Assembly (NCBI RefSeq): GCF_030013595.1
Contig: NZ_CP122768.1
Strand: one strand, 5' to 3'
Origin: Escherichia coli
GTDB taxonomy: Bacteria > Pseudomonadota > Gammaproteobacteria > Enterobacterales > Enterobacteriaceae
Length of the DNA stretch: 64,000 bases
Shown here: positions 10,308 through 30,170 of the stretch, in pieces
Numbering within the stretch: the first letter of the stretch is position 1
How the letters are laid out: each line of letters starts with the position of its first letter
Notes under the pieces: generated by a model
The model's input: only the letters and a program-made list of their open reading frames with translations
Databases searched by the model: none
What the model was told of the DNA's origin: nothing
Program-made: the position numbers and the translations under genes

Positions 10308-12677
10308 ATGAAAAAACGTATCCCCACTCTCCTGGCCACCATGATTGCCACCGCCCTTTATAGTCAACAGGGACTGGCAGCCGACCTCGCCTCACAGTGC
10401 ATGTTGGGCGTGCCAAGCTATGACCGTCCTCTGGTACAGGGCGATACCAATGACTTACCCGTGACTATCAATGCTGACCACGCGAAAGGGGACTACCCGG
10501 ATGACGCCGTGTTTACTGGCAGCGTGGATATCATGCAGGGTAACAGCCGTCTGCAGGCCGACGAAGTGCAGCTCCATCAAAAAGAGGCACCAGGACAACC
10601 GGAGCCGGTACGTACCGTTGATGCGCTCGGTAATGTCCATTACGACGATAACCAGGTGATCCTCAAAGGGCCGAAAGGCTGGGCGAATCTGAACACCAAA
10701 GATACCAATGTCTGGGAAGGTGATTACCAGATGGTGGGTCGTCAGGGCCGCGGTAAAGCGGACCTGATGAAACAACGTGGCGAAAACCGCTATACCATTC
10801 TGGATAACGGTAGCTTTACCTCCTGTCTGCCGGGTTCTGACACCTGGAGCGTGGTAGGTAGCGAAATTATTCATGACCGCGAAGAACAAGTTGCGGAGAT
10901 CTGGAACGCCCGCTTTAAGGTGGGTCCGGTACCGATCTTTTATAGCCCCTATTTGCAGTTGCCGGTGGGTGACAAACGTCGCTCTGGTTTCTTGATCCCG
11001 AACGCCAAGTACACCACCACCAACTACTTTGAGTTCTACCTGCCATATTACTGGAACATCGCGCCAAATATGGATGCCACCATCACGCCGCATTATATGC
11101 ATCGTCGTGGCAATATCATGTGGGAGAACGAATTCCGCTACCTCTCCCAGGCGGGCGCTGGCTTGATGGAACTGGACTATCTGCCTTCAGATAAAGTCTA
11201 TGAAGATGAACACCCGAACGATGACAGTTCACGTCGTTGGTTATTCTACTGGAACCACTCCGGGGTCATGGATCAGGTGTGGCGTTTCAACGTCGACTAC
11301 ACCAAGGTCAGCGATCCTAGCTACTTCAATGATTTCGATAACAAGTACGGTTCCAGTACTGACGGCTACGCAACGCAAAAATTCAGCGTTGGCTATGCGG
11401 TGCAAAACTTCAATGCCACCGTTTCAACCAAGCAGTTCCAGGTCTTCAGCGAGCAGAACACCAGTAGCTACTCGGCAGAGCCGCAGTTAGACGTTAACTA
11501 CTACCAGAATGATGTTGGTCCGTTTGATACGCGTATTTACGGCCAGGCAGTGCACTTTGTTAACACCAGAGACGACATGCCTGAAGCAACCCGTGTTCAC
11601 CTGGAACCGACCATCAATTTGCCGCTCTCTAATAACTGGGGCAGCATCAATACCGAAGCGAAGTTGCTGGCAACTCATTATCAGCAAACTAATCTTGACT
11701 GGTATAACAGCAATCCACAAAACAATAAGTTGGCAGATTCTGTTAACCGTGTAATGCCGCAATTTAAAGTTGACGGTAAAATGGTCTTCGAACGTGATAT
11801 GAATCTGCTGGCACCGGGCTTTACCCAAACGCTGGAACCGCGCGCGCAGTATTTGTACGTGCCGTATCGCGATCAGAGCGATATCTACAACTACGACTCT
11901 GCCTTATTGCAATCCGATTATTCGGGCTTGTTCCGGGACCGGACTTACGGCGGTCTTGACCGTATTGCCTCCGCTAACCAGGTGACGACCGGTGTCACAT
12001 CTCGCGTATATGATGATGCTGCCGTTGAACGTTTTAATATTTCCGTTGGTCAAATCGACTATTTCACGGAGTCTCGCACTGGCGATGACAACATAACATG
12101 GGAGAATGACGACAAAACGGGATCACTGGTGTGGGCAGGCGACACCTACTGGCGTATCTCCGAGCGTTGGGGATTGCGTGGCGGGATTCAGTACGACACT
12201 CGCCTGGATAACGTGGCGACCAGTAGTTCTAGTATTGAGTATCGCCGAGATGAAGACCGTCTGGTGCAGCTGAACTACCGTTACGCCAGCCCGGAATATA
12301 TTCAGGCTACACTGCCAAGAGACAGTAGAGATAAACGTTGGAATGCCCCTCAGTACAAAGATGGTATTTCGCAGGTAGGTGCCGTCGCCAGCTGGCCAAT
12401 TGCCGATCGTTGGTCAATTGTTGGGGCCTACTACTACGACACCAATGCGAACAAGCAAGCCGACTCTATGTTAGGTGTGCAATACAGCTCCTGCTGCTAT
12501 GCAATTCGCGTCGGTTACGAGCGGAAGCTGAACGGTTGGGATAACGATAAACAACATGCGGTATATGACAACGCAATCGGCTTTAACATCGAACTTCGCG
12601 GCCTGAGCTCCAACTATGGTCTGGGTACGCAAGAGATGCTGAGTTCGAACATTCTGCCGTATCAAAACACTTTGTGA
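10308..12677 (+). CDS. lptD: LPS assembly outer-membrane protein LptD (Imp/OstA), 789 aa
   Basis: [27 protein letters not shown]... upstream of surA. Confidence 0.95.
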   Translation: MKKRIPTLLATMIATALYSQQGLAADLASQCMLGVPSYDRPLVQGDTNDLPVTINADHAKGDYPDDAVFTGSVDIMQGNSRLQADEVQLHQKEAPGQPEPVRTVDALGNVHYDDNQVILKGPKGWANLNTKDTNVWEGDYQMVGRQGRGKADLMKQRGENRYTILDNGSFTSCLPGSDTWSVVGSEIIHDREEQVAEIWNARFKVGPVPIFYSPYLQLPVGDKRRSGFLIPNAKYTTTNYFEFYLPYYWNIAPNMDATITPHYMHRRGNIMWENEFRYLSQAGAGLMELDYLPSDKVYEDEHPNDDSSRRWLFYWNHSGVMDQVWRFNVDYTKVSDPSYFNDFDNKYGSSTDGYATQKFSVGYAVQNFNATVSTKQFQVFSEQNTSSYSAEPQLDVNYYQNDVGPFDTRIYGQAVHFVNTRDDMPEATRVHLEPTINLPLSNNWGSINTEAKLLATHYQQTNLDWYNSNPQNNKLADSVNRVMPQFKVDGKMVFERDMNLLAPGFTQTLEPRAQYLYVPYRDQSDIYNYDSALLQSDYSGLFRDRTYGGLDRIASANQVTTGVTSRVYDDAAVERFNISVGQIDYFTESRTGDDNITWENDDKTGSLVWAGDTYWRISERWGLRGGIQYDTRLDNVATSSSSIEYRRDEDRLVQLNYRYASPEYIQATLPRDSRDKRWNAPQYKDGISQVGAVASWPIADRWSIVGAYYYDTNANKQADSMLGVQYSSCCYAIRVGYERKLNGWDNDKQHAVYDNAIGFNIELRGLSSNYGLGTQEMLSSNILPYQNTL

Positions 12678-12729
12678 TTTGTTGATTTACCACGTAATCC
12701 GCAGTGCGGTTAATTGAAATGGAAAAAGT

Positions 12730-15823
<3,094 letters not shown>

Positions 15824-15825
15824 CG

Positions 15826-16203
15826 ATGATCAATTCGCCCCGAGTGTGTATTCAGGTTCAAAGCGTCTACATTGAGGCACAATCTTCACCTGATAATGAA
15901 CGTTACGTTTTTGCTTATACCGTAACCATACGCAATCTGGGGCGAGCGCCAGTGCAGTTGTTGGGGCGTTACTGGCTGATCACCAATGGCAATGGCCGTG
16001 AAACCGAAGTCCAGGGCGAAGGAGTGGTTGGCGTCCAGCCACTTATCGCCCCTGGCGAAGAGTACCAGTACACCAGCGGTGCAATCATTGAAACCCCGCT
16101 GGGCACCATGCAGGGTCACTACGAAATGATCGATGAAAATGGCGTCCCTTTCAGCATCGACATTCCCGTATTCCGACTCGCCGTTCCCACACTCATTCAT
16201 TAA
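15826..16203 (+). CDS. apaG: ApaG (DUF525) protein, 125 aa
   Basis: ORF containing [19 protein letters not shown]...; start placed at the Met giving 125 aa. Confidence 0.9.
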   Translation: MINSPRVCIQVQSVYIEAQSSPDNERYVFAYTVTIRNLGRAPVQLLGRYWLITNGNGRETEVQGEGVVGVQPLIAPGEEYQYTSGAIIETPLGTMQGHYEMIDENGVPFSIDIPVFRLAVPTLIH

Positions 16204-16209
16204 AAGAAT

Positions 16210-17058
16210 ATGGCGACATACCTTATTGGCGACGTTCATGGTTGTTACGATGAACTGATCGCATTGCTGCATAAAGTAGAATTTACCCCTGGGATAGATA
16301 CCCTCTGGCTGACGGGCGATCTGGTCGCGCGCGGCCCCGGTTCGCTGGATGTTTTGCGCTATGTGAAATCCTTAGGCGACAGCGTACGTCTGGTGCTGGG
16401 CAATCACGATCTGCATCTGCTGGCGGTATTTGCCGGGATAAGCCGCAATAAACCGAAAGATCGCCTGACACCGCTGCTGGAAGCGCCGGATGCCGACGAG
16501 CTGCTTAACTGGCTGCGTCGCCAGCCTCTGCTGCAAATCGACGAAGAGAAAAAGCTGGTGATGGCCCACGCAGGGATCACGCCACAGTGGGATCTACAGA
16601 CCGCCAAAGAGTGCGCGCGCGATGTAGAAGCGGTGCTGTCGAGTGACTCCTATCCCTTCTTCCTTGATGCCATGTACGGCGATATGCCAAATAACTGGTC
16701 ACCGGAATTGCGGGGGCTGGGAAGACTGCGGTTTATCACCAACGCCTTTACCCGTATGCGTTTTTGCTTCCCGAACGGGCAACTGGATATGTACAGCAAA
16801 GAATCGCCGGAAGAAGCCCCTGCCCCACTGAAACCGTGGTTTGCGATTCCTGGCCCTGTCGCTGAAGAATACAGCATCGCCTTTGGTCACTGGGCATCGC
16901 TGGAAGGCAAAGGTACGCCGGAAGGTATTTACGCGCTGGATACTGGCTGCTGCTGGGGTGGTACATTAACCTGCCTGCGCTGGGAAGATAAACAGTATTT
17001 TGTCCAGCCGTCGAACCGGCATAAGGATATGGACGAAGGAGAGGCGGTCGCGTCTTAA
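16210..17058 (+). CDS. apaH: Bis(5'-nucleosyl)-tetraphosphatase (symmetrical) ApaH, 282 aa
   Basis: [23 protein letters not shown]... with metallophosphatase motifs. Confidence 0.93.
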   Translation: MATYLIGDVHGCYDELIALLHKVEFTPGIDTLWLTGDLVARGPGSLDVLRYVKSLGDSVRLVLGNHDLHLLAVFAGISRNKPKDRLTPLLEAPDADELLNWLRRQPLLQIDEEKKLVMAHAGITPQWDLQTAKECARDVEAVLSSDSYPFFLDAMYGDMPNNWSPELRGLGRLRFITNAFTRMRFCFPNGQLDMYSKESPEEAPAPLKPWFAIPGPVAEEYSIAFGHWASLEGKGTPEGIYALDTGCCWGGTLTCLRWEDKQYFVQPSNRHKDMDEGEAVAS

Positions 17059-17369
17059 ATCCCGTCGAGCATAAAATCTAATGCCCCTTTAATCAACGTT
17101 CGGTGCGCGCTGGCATCGCAAAATTTCGTTCCCAGCGCGTTAACTGGAACAGTTGCAGTCTCATGCGTCATGAGCACATATTCTTTGCCGTCTACCAGTA
17201 AAAGGATTGTGTTAAGCCGTTCTGGAGGGCGAATACGGATAAATCGTTCAATAGGTGTTAATGGAATAACAATACGGCGATTAATCTCACCAATAATGTC
17301 GCTGGTAACATCGATAACAAAGGGAAACGCGGCGTTCCTGCCGCGACTGCGGTATACCGTAAATTGCAT
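17055..17369 (-). CDS. ccdB: CcdB-family gyrase-poisoning toxin, chromosomal type, 104 aa, intact ORF
   Basis: [40 protein letters not shown]... aligns over its full length with F-plasmid CcdB (MQFKVY...VIPL...MFWGI); sits between apaH and folA. Confidence 0.85.
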   Translation of the reverse strand: MQFTVYRSRGRNAAFPFVIDVTSDIIGEINRRIVIPLTPIERFIRIRPPERLNTILLLVDGKEYVLMTHETATVPVNALGTKFCDASAHRTLIKGALDFMLDGI

Positions 17370-17371
17370 CG

Positions 17372-17604
17372 CTAGAAGCTCCGGTACTCATCAGAGAAAC
17401 ATCCGGTTTCATCAGCCAATTGATTTAACGCAGCGATAGCTTCTGCGTTCTCTTCACGCCAACGTGTTGCTGCATGTTTTTTAAGTTCAGCATTGAGCGC
17501 AACCGTAAGGGTGCGCTCATATTTAAGCCTGCATCACGAGCGCGATTGACTAACTCACGGTCGACGGTGACGGTCACACTTTGTGTGGTACGTTTTGCAG
17601 TCAT
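17372..17604 (-). pseudogene. ccdA: CcdA-family antitoxin gene carrying an apparent 1-bp frameshift
   Basis: ATG at 17604: frame 1 gives MTAKRTTQSVTVTVDRELVNRARDAGLNMSA then out-of-frame residues and a stop after 56 codons; a second frame gives TLTVALNAELKKHAATRWREENAEAIAALNQLADETGCFSDEYRSF ending 2 nt before the ccdB ATG; both halves resemble CcdA; region is 233 bp, not a multiple of 3. Confidence 0.7.
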
Positions 17605-17689
17605 GATATCGTGCTCCTGTACAATTTATACGTCTAGTAAACACGGATATCTGCACGTATCAGTGATGCCGGAATTCTAATATACAAAC

Positions 17690-20215
<2,526 letters not shown>

Positions 20216-20223
<8 letters not shown>

Positions 20224-20746
20224 GATGTGCCTCCTGCCATTCCAGCAGACGTTGCTTATAGTGCCGCGCCTGCCCTTCGAGGGTTTCGTCGTCACAAATA
20301 AAGGTGCAGTGCATGGCAAACGGTGGCAGCCAGTTCAGCCCGCAGTAGATTGCCGTCGCCTGTAGCGGTTGTGACAGCACATCAAAGCCCGGATGCGCAC
20401 CAATCTCAAAATGGCTTTCTCCGCCGCCGGTCGTCACCGCCCACAGCAAATGTTTGCCATGCAGCGCCGTACCGCCGTGACCGTAAGCCCAGCCGTGCGA
20501 GAAAACTTTATCGATCCAAAGTTTGAGGAGCGGTGGAATGCTGTACCACTGCATCGGGTGCTGCCAGACGATCAGATCGGCGCGAGACAGCGCCTCCTGC
20601 TCGGCGGCAATATCGATATTGAAGTCAGGATAGAGTTGATAAAGAGAGCGAATTTCGACGCCTTCCAGCGTCCTTGCCTGTTCAAGCATCCGTTTATTCG
20701 CATGGGAATGATGCGGATACGGATGCGCATAAATTATAAGAATCAT
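20216..20746 (-). CDS. kefF: KefC regulator / quinone oxidoreductase KefF, 176 aa
   Basis: [26 protein letters not shown]...; 8-bp overlap with the kefC start. Confidence 0.93.
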
Positions 20747-20853
20747 AGGTAGCCCGCGTGATTACGCCTTTGTTTTCCCACAAAGTGTAGTCATATATTC
20801 ACGCGGCTTATAGTCAATAATATTGATTCAGAAAAGAGAGAAATCTGAACAAA

Positions 20854-22185
20854 TTATCCCATTCTCTGCCCGCGGATCGTCATATTGCTGGTCTGCGCCA
20901 GTGACATCCCTCGAGTCTCCGGGGCAAACGCTACGGAAATCAACAAGCCAAACAGCGAGATACCCGCCCCCATTAACATCGTGTTACTGATACCGTAATT
21001 ATTGATAAAGATCGGCAGTGCCCAGGTCGAAACAATAGTGCCAATACGGCTTAAGGACATAATCACGCCCACGGCAGAGGCGCGGATATCCGTCGGGAAG
21101 AGCTCATTAGGATAGAGCCACTGCAAATTACCCGGCCCGCCAGAGAAAAAGGCATACACCGCAAATGCCATCACTACCAGCCAGATCCCCATATCCGGGA
21201 TCAGCCCCAAAACCGCCAGCGCCAGCGTCATCATGGCAAAGCTGCCAATCAACAATGGACGCCGTCCGGCAGTGTTTAACCACAGCATCGGTGGAATACA
21301 GCCGAGCATAAAGAACAGGCTAATCACCACGTTCCCCAGTGCCGCGTTTTTGCCAACACCCAATCCCAACAAACCAACGATTTGCGGGCCAAAGGTGTAG
21401 ATGGCGAACATCGGGATCACCTGGCAGGTCCAGATGGCGGCAACAAACAGAACAAAAGGAAAATGGCGGCGATTAAACAGATCGCGAAAACGGGTTTGCT
21501 GCGGCTGCTCTTCATCGAAAGCCACCGGTTCGCCAAACAGTTTGATCATCATCTCTTCGCACTCTTTTACTCGCCCTTTGCGTAACAACCAGCGGGGAGA
21601 TTCAGGCAGTTCGAATCGACCAATCAAAATCAACAAACAGGGGAGCGCTGCGCTACCCAGCATCCAGCGCCAACCACCTTCCACATCATAAAGCCAGTAA
21701 CCGACCAAATCGGCGCAGGTCGCGCCGACATACCACATCGCGGCAATAAAGCTGATGGAAAACGCCCGCTGACGGGTACTGGAGAACTCAGTGATCATCG
21801 AAGTGGCGATGGGATAATCTGCACCGATGACAATGCCGATGAGTACCCGCATCACTAACAGTTCGACGGGGGATGAGACAAACATCGTCGCCACCGATAT
21901 CACGCCGATGGCGATGATATCGATGAGGAACATTTTGCGCCGTCCGACTTTATCGGAAATATAGCCAAACAGCGATGTGCCAACGAACAGCCCGGCGAGC
22001 GTTCCCGCGCCCAGCAAGCCAATCCAGTCAGCGTCCAGTTTCAGCGCCGGAGTCAGTTGCTCCAGCGCCACGCCAATCATTACCAGTACATAACCATCCA
22101 GAAACGGACCACCGCTTCCCCACAGCAAAATGCGGCGGTGAATAGAAGAGAATTTAAGATCGTCAAAGTTTCTGGACGGTTGCAT
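20854..22185 (-). CDS. yaaU: MFS transporter YaaU, 443 aa
   Basis: Multi-TM 443-aa ORF between kefF and fixX. Confidence 0.88.
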   Translation of the reverse strand: MQPSRNFDDLKFSSIHRRILLWGSGGPFLDGYVLVMIGVALEQLTPALKLDADWIGLLGAGTLAGLFVGTSLFGYISDKVGRRKMFLIDIIAIGVISVATMFVSSPVELLVMRVLIGIVIGADYPIATSMITEFSSTRQRAFSISFIAAMWYVGATCADLVGYWLYDVEGGWRWMLGSAALPCLLILIGRFELPESPRWLLRKGRVKECEEMMIKLFGEPVAFDEEQPQQTRFRDLFNRRHFPFVLFVAAIWTCQVIPMFAIYTFGPQIVGLLGLGVGKNAALGNVVISLFFMLGCIPPMLWLNTAGRRPLLIGSFAMMTLALAVLGLIPDMGIWLVVMAFAVYAFFSGGPGNLQWLYPNELFPTDIRASAVGVIMSLSRIGTIVSTWALPIFINNYGISNTMLMGAGISLFGLLISVAFAPETRGMSLAQTSNMTIRGQRMG

Positions 22186-22243
22186 GGGTTATTCCTGTTT
22201 TTTTGCAATGAGAGTCAGTACGGCGTTACGTATCAAACCAACA

Positions 22244-22531
22244 TCAGCCGTAACGGAACTCCACACCAAAGGTGCCGCGCGGGTATTCCCACTGTTCCAG
22301 CGCCGACCCCAGCCCCAGAATGCGACAGGTGCCGCACTCCAGACATCCGGCGTAATCGAAGCGCACACTGCCGTCATCCTGCTTCTTGTACAGACCTGCG
22401 GGGCACGCTTTCACCAGCAGCTCCAGCGCCTGTTTATCGGCATCGGCCTTCACAACAATGTGCGGATGCTCTTCATCGACATTGAATTTATTGACGCCCA
22501 GTTTGACGTCCACATTGACGGGAGAAGTCAT
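22244..22531 (-). CDS. fixX: Ferredoxin-like protein FixX, 95 aa
   Basis: ORF with a C-terminal Cys cluster (CPAGLY...CLECGTC); last gene of the fixABCX cluster. Confidence 0.92.
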   Translation of the reverse strand: MTSPVNVDVKLGVNKFNVDEEHPHIVVKADADKQALELLVKACPAGLYKKQDDGSVRFDYAGCLECGTCRILGLGSALEQWEYPRGTFGVEFRYG

Positions 22532-23814
22532 AAAACGGTCACTCCTTTCATGCCATCCTTGATCAGATTGATGAAGCCCACTTTCTTACCGTGGCGGAGG
22601 ATTTTCTTGCGCATCAGTTCCGGCACGCTGCCGTCAATGGTGAACAGGTCACGCGCCACGCCCACCGCCAGTTCCGGGTAGCCGCTAAACATGCGTGGGT
22701 TATCAAGGAACGCCGGTAGTTTCTGGTACATACGCATATCGCGCAGCGGGCCACTCTCAAGATGCTGACGATATTCCGCCAGTTTTTGCTTACTGAAATC
22801 GTCGCTTTTCATCGCTGAAAGCACGGTTTTTGCTGCGGCTTCCCCGGCGGCAATCGCCAGATCCATACCGCGAATGGTAAAACCGAGGTTCATACACATT
22901 CCGGCGGCATCACCGGCAATCAGTACGCCGTCACCGACCAGCTCCGGCAGCATGTTGATGCCTGCTTCCGGCACTACGTGAGCGGAATATTCCACCAGCT
23001 TGCCGCCCGCGATCAGCGGTGCAACGGCCGGATGTTGTTTGAAATCTTCCAGCATTTGCGGCACCGATTTTTTCGCGTCATGCAGATGATGCAAACCACA
23101 AACCAGCCCCAGCGACAGGGTATTTTCATTGGTATAAAGGAAGCCGCCGCCCATCAGGCCATCGGTGGGGGAACCCGCAAACAGGCAAGCCGCACCCTGA
23201 TTACCCTGCAACTGAAAACGGTCTTCGATAACCGACTTCGGTAACTCGATCAGTTCCTTCACGCCAACCGCCACATCCGTCGGTTTGACGCGTTTTGCCA
23301 TCCCCAACTTTTCGGCAAGGATGGAGTTCACTCCATCAGCAAGGATCACCGTTTTCGCTTCAATCACATCACCATCGGCTTCTACGCCGACAACTTTGCC
23401 ATCGCGCTGTACGAGGTTATCGACGCGGATCCCGGTAATTAACTGCGCGCCCGCTTCTTCGGCCTGCTCCATCAACCAGGCATCAAATTTACTGCGCAAA
23501 ACGGAGTAAGAACGCTGGGATGGCGAGGTTTCGTCACCGTTGCAGTAGTCCATAGTCATCGCTGACTTTTCCGTCATAAACGCGAGTTTTTCATGGGTGA
23601 TCAGGCGTTCTACGGGGGCGGATTCGGCGAAACCTGGAATAATGTGTTCCAGACTGTGGGCATAGAGACGCCCGCCAGTAACGTTCTTGGCACCTGCGGA
23701 ATTGCCACGCTCGATAACTAACACTTGCGCCCCTTCGCGGGCGAGCACCAGTGCGGCAACCGAACCGGCAAGCCCAGCACCGACGATGATGGCGTCAAAG
23801 ATATCTTCGGACAT
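22528..23814 (-). CDS. fixC: FAD-dependent oxidoreductase FixC, 428 aa
   Basis: ORF MSEDIFDAIIVGAGLAGSVAALVLA... with Rossmann GxGxxG. Confidence 0.93.
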   Translation of the reverse strand: MSEDIFDAIIVGAGLAGSVAALVLAREGAQVLVIERGNSAGAKNVTGGRLYAHSLEHIIPGFAESAPVERLITHEKLAFMTEKSAMTMDYCNGDETSPSQRSYSVLRSKFDAWLMEQAEEAGAQLITGIRVDNLVQRDGKVVGVEADGDVIEAKTVILADGVNSILAEKLGMAKRVKPTDVAVGVKELIELPKSVIEDRFQLQGNQGAACLFAGSPTDGLMGGGFLYTNENTLSLGLVCGLHHLHDAKKSVPQMLEDFKQHPAVAPLIAGGKLVEYSAHVVPEAGINMLPELVGDGVLIAGDAAGMCMNLGFTIRGMDLAIAAGEAAAKTVLSAMKSDDFSKQKLAEYRQHLESGPLRDMRMYQKLPAFLDNPRMFSGYPELAVGVARDLFTIDGSVPELMRKKILRHGKKVGFINLIKDGMKGVTVL

Positions 23815-23864
23815 AAGAGCTCCCTGTCAGCGGCAGGGCTGGAATGCAGCCCTGCCAGAGTGGA

Positions 23865-24806
23865 TCAACGTGCTAAAGCTGCGGTCAGTGCCGGAAGGAT
23901 CTTCACGGCGTCGCCAACAATGCCGTAATCCGCGTACTGGAAGATCGGCGCATTTTTATCTTTGTTGATGGCGAAAATGGTTTGCGACGCATTAGCGCCA
24001 ACCATGTGCTGGATCTGCCCGGAGATCCCCACCGCCAGGTACAGTTCAGGTTTCAGCATCAGGTTGGAGATACCGACATAGCGTTCGTGCTCCATCCATT
24101 TTTCGTTTTCCGCCACCGGACGAGAACAGGCCAACTCCGCACCTATCGCCTTACAAAGCTGTTCTGCCAGCGCAATGTTATCTTTGCTGCCAATGCCGCG
24201 ACCGACGCTGACCACCAGACGGGCTTTGTCGAGATCGACGCTGTTGCTCTGGCGCGCCTGGGTTGCCGTGCGGGTAATCGCCACAGCCGGAGCCTGCCAC
24301 TCCACGGTGTGCGTTTCGCCAGTGCGTGACGCGTCTGGCTGAGCCGCATCAAACGTGCCGCTGCTGATGGTCAGTACCGCATACGGCGTGGCAATGCGTT
24401 CTTCGCCAATCGCCAGACCGCCGTAAACCATGTGTTTCACTGTCGCTTTACCGTCCTGTACGCTGACGGTGCTGGCATCGTTAGACACCGCCGCTTTAAG
24501 GCGATAACCCAGTTTTGCCGCCAGTAATTTGCCGCGACGAGTATTCGGCAACAGCACCAGACCGTCTGCTCCGTGCTGGCGAATAGTGTCAGCCATGACA
24601 CCGGCGTAATCTTCGATCATCCGATCGTCCGGTTTGCCGTTTAATTTCCAGACATGATTAGCGCCTAGCTGGATTGCCTGTGCGCCGTCGGCATCATTGA
24701 GGACAAAGGCATTGATTTGATTAGCTAAAGCCTGCGCACCGTTCATCAGTTCCGGCAGACGAGAAGGGGTATCGCTGAATACCCAGACTTGAGAAAACGT
24801 GTTCAT
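23865..24806 (-). CDS. fixB: Electron-transfer flavoprotein alpha-subunit homolog FixB, 313 aa
   Basis: ETF-alpha-like 313-aa ORF. Confidence 0.93.
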   Translation of the reverse strand: MNTFSQVWVFSDTPSRLPELMNGAQALANQINAFVLNDADGAQAIQLGANHVWKLNGKPDDRMIEDYAGVMADTIRQHGADGLVLLPNTRRGKLLAAKLGYRLKAAVSNDASTVSVQDGKATVKHMVYGGLAIGEERIATPYAVLTISSGTFDAAQPDASRTGETHTVEWQAPAVAITRTATQARQSNSVDLDKARLVVSVGRGIGSKDNIALAEQLCKAIGAELACSRPVAENEKWMEHERYVGISNLMLKPELYLAVGISGQIQHMVGANASQTIFAINKDKNAPIFQYADYGIVGDAVKILPALTAALAR

Positions 24807-24820
24807 AGCATCCCCTGTAA

Positions 24821-25591
24821 TTAAATGACTTTGCGAAGATTTTCAGCAAATGCGGCGATCTGTTCTTCGCCGTCGCCTTCAATCACGATGCGCTGACGCT
24901 CGCGCTGTTTCGGCGCGGCAACCTGTTGTTCTGACCAGGCTGCCTCTGCGTTAAAACCGATATCCGCCGCCGACCATACCTGGACTGGCTTTTTCGCCGC
25001 GCCGAGAATGGCTTTCATCGAAGGAATTTGTGGGGAGTTGATATCAGTGGAAACAGCAACAACCGCAGGCAGCGGAATGCTTAAGGTTTCTGTTTCATCT
25101 TCCAGTTCGCGCTCAACGGTGAGGGTATCTGCCGTCAGGGAGATAATTTTGCTGACGCCGTTAACTGCCGGAATATTGAGGATTTCGCCTACCAGCAAAC
25201 CAACCTGCTGGGCATAAAGGTCGGAAGAACCATCGCCACAGAGGATCAAATCAAAGCCTGCTTTCTGGGCGGCTGCAGCCAGTGCGCTCGCCGTTTGTTG
25301 CGGCAGTGCCTGCTCGAACTGGTCATCAATCACCACAATCAGTTCATCCGGACCGCGCGATAGCACATCTTTACGCCCTTTGGCGTTGGTCAGGGCTTTA
25401 CCGCCCACACTTAGGGCCGTCACCTGCGCCTCTGCTGCCTGTTGTTTTAGCTGGCAAGCCGCTTCAATAGCGTTGAGATCGTATTGGCTTATTTTGGCAT
25501 CGGCTTTACTGAAGTCTAACGAACCATCAGCATTATTGACCGCAATATCCTGTTCATCAGGCACGCACTTATAGCAAGTAATAATCTTCAT
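24821..25591 (-). CDS. fixA: Electron-transfer flavoprotein beta-subunit homolog FixA, 256 aa
   Basis: ORF contains [20 protein letters not shown]...; start at the Met giving 256 aa. Confidence 0.9.
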   Translation of the reverse strand: MKIITCYKCVPDEQDIAVNNADGSLDFSKADAKISQYDLNAIEAACQLKQQAAEAQVTALSVGGKALTNAKGRKDVLSRGPDELIVVIDDQFEQALPQQTASALAAAAQKAGFDLILCGDGSSDLYAQQVGLLVGEILNIPAVNGVSKIISLTADTLTVERELEDETETLSIPLPAVVAVSTDINSPQIPSMKAILGAAKKPVQVWSAADIGFNAEAAWSEQQVAAPKQRERQRIVIEGDGEEQIAAFAENLRKVI

Positions 25592-25686
25592 TGCATCTCC
25601 AGAAATCATGAAGGAAACGTCGTTCATATCGGTGGTGTTAATTACAGATATCACGCCCTTTAATTTGGAAATAAAACTTTAATCAC

Positions 25687-25813
25687 CAATATTGAAAATG
25701 TCACACGCAGATAAATCCAACTTTCAATATTGTTAAGTCCCTCACCAATATTGAAAACATGGCGTAGCAAAAAGAAATTTTCAATATTGCTTTATGGATC
25801 ACCAATATTGAAA
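25687..25813. promoter_or_regulatory. cai-fix divergent control region with five copies of CAATATTGAAA / TTTCAATATTG half-sites
   Basis: Half-sites at 25687, 25722, 25746, 25779 and 25803 in alternating orientation, giving two composite inverted repeats with 13-bp spacers (25722..25756 and 25779..25813); fits the known architecture of CaiF binding sites. Confidence 0.7.
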
Positions 25814-26060
25814 GTCAGATGCTATTTTTTTACTCACAATCAAACTCATCACATTGATAAACAATGAATATTTACACAAAGACGCCCTGTTTTTACCCGA
25901 TAAAAAACTGTGACTAACATCACAGAACGCAGCCAATTGAATACCCATTATGAGTTAGCCATTAACGCGTCCACGAGGTTAATAATAATTATATTAAATG
26001 TTAACAAAAATAAAACAAACGGGAACGCAAAATAAATATTCGTTTTCACAGTGGAATTAA

Positions 26061-27578
<1,518 letters not shown>

Positions 27579-27608
27579 TTAACCCCCAAAATATCAAGAG
27601 GTTGAAAG

Positions 27609-28751
27609 ATGGATTTTAATTTAAATGATGAGCAGGAACTGTTTGTCGCCGGTATCCGCGAACTGATGGCCAGCGAAAACTGGGAGGCCTATTTTGCCGA
27701 GTGCGACCGTGACAGCGTCTACCCGGAACGTTTTGTCAAAGCACTGGCGGATATGGGGATCGACAGTCTGCTGATCCCTGAAGAGCACGGTGGTCTGGAC
27801 GCGGGGTTTGTTACTCTCGCCGCCGTGTGGATGGAGCTGGGACGTCTGGGGGCACCAACCTATGTGCTGTACCAGTTGCCGGGCGGGTTCAATACCTTCC
27901 TGCGCGAAGGCACACAAGAGCAGATCGACAAGATTATGGCTTTCCGCGGCACCGGTAAGCAGATGTGGAACTCAGCGATTACCGAACCGGGCGCGGGCTC
28001 CGACGTGGGTAGCCTGAAAACGACTTATACCCGTAGAAATGGTAAGATTTATCTTAATGGTAGTAAGTGTTTTATTACCAGCAGCGCCTACACCCCGTAC
28101 ATCGTGGTGATGGCGCGCGACGGGGCTTCTCCGGACAAACCTGTCTACACCGAATGGTTTGTTGATATGAGCAAACCGGGCATCAAAGTGACCAAACTTG
28201 AAAAGCTCGGTCTGCGTATGGATAGCTGCTGTGAAATCACCTTTGACGATGTGGAACTGGACGAGAAAGACATGTTCGGTCGCGAAGGTAACGGCTTTAA
28301 CCGCGTCAAAGAAGAGTTCGACCATGAACGTTTCCTGGTAGCCCTGACCAACTACGGTACGGCGATGTGCGCCTTTGAAGATGCGGCGCGCTACGCCAAC
28401 CAGCGCGTGCAGTTTGGCGAGGCTATTGGTCGTTTCCAGTTGATTCAGGAAAAATTCGCCCACATGGCGATCAAATTAAACTCCATGAAAAACATGCTGT
28501 ATGAAGCAGCGTGGAAAGCAGACAACGGCACCATCACCTCTGGCGATGCAGCGATGTGCAAATACTTCTGCGCCAATGCGGCATTTGAAGTGGTGGATAG
28601 CGCAATGCAGGTGCTGGGCGGTGTCGGGATTGCGGGCAACCACCGCATCAGCCGCTTCTGGCGTGATCTGCGTGTAGACCGCGTCTCCGGGGGATCTGAC
28701 GAAATGCAGATCCTGACGCTGGGTCGCGCGGTGCTGAAGCAATACCGCTAA
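27609..28751 (+). CDS. caiA: Crotonobetainyl-CoA reductase CaiA, 380 aa
   Basis: Acyl-CoA dehydrogenase-like 380-aa ORF. Confidence 0.95.
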
Positions 28752-28755
28752 GTCC

Positions 28756-28850
28756 GTGCGCTGCCTGATGCGACGCTGACGCGTCTTATCAGACCTACGG
28801 GAGCACGAATGTAGGCCGGATAAAGCGTTTACGCCGCATCCGGCAGTCAT
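28756..28850. repeat. REP/BIME-type palindromic units between caiA and caiB
   Basis: GCCGGATGCGGCGTAAACGC...ATCCGGCCTAC-like motifs in both orientations. Confidence 0.7.
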
Positions 28851-28861
28851 GCGCTACATAA

Positions 28862-30097
<1,236 letters not shown>

Positions 30098-30170
30098 ACG
30101 CGTGGCGTCAGTCGGCTTGCCTGACTAGCGCCCGCCCAATAACAAACGAACAACAATGGATAGAGGTGCA

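Noticed and set aside
10308-12677. lptD ORF is 789 aa where I recall about 784 aa in K-12
   Set aside because: Difference is small and I cannot verify the reference length or locate an indel from memory; treated as natural variation
17170-17439. 89-aa plus-strand ORF overlapping ccdB
   Set aside because: Antisense to the CcdB-homologous frame, which has clear family similarity
25687-25813. Repeated CAATATTGAAA motifs that could be mistaken for a CRISPR-like array
   Set aside because: Only five short copies, alternating orientation, irregular spacing, no cas genes; fits known CaiF operator architecture
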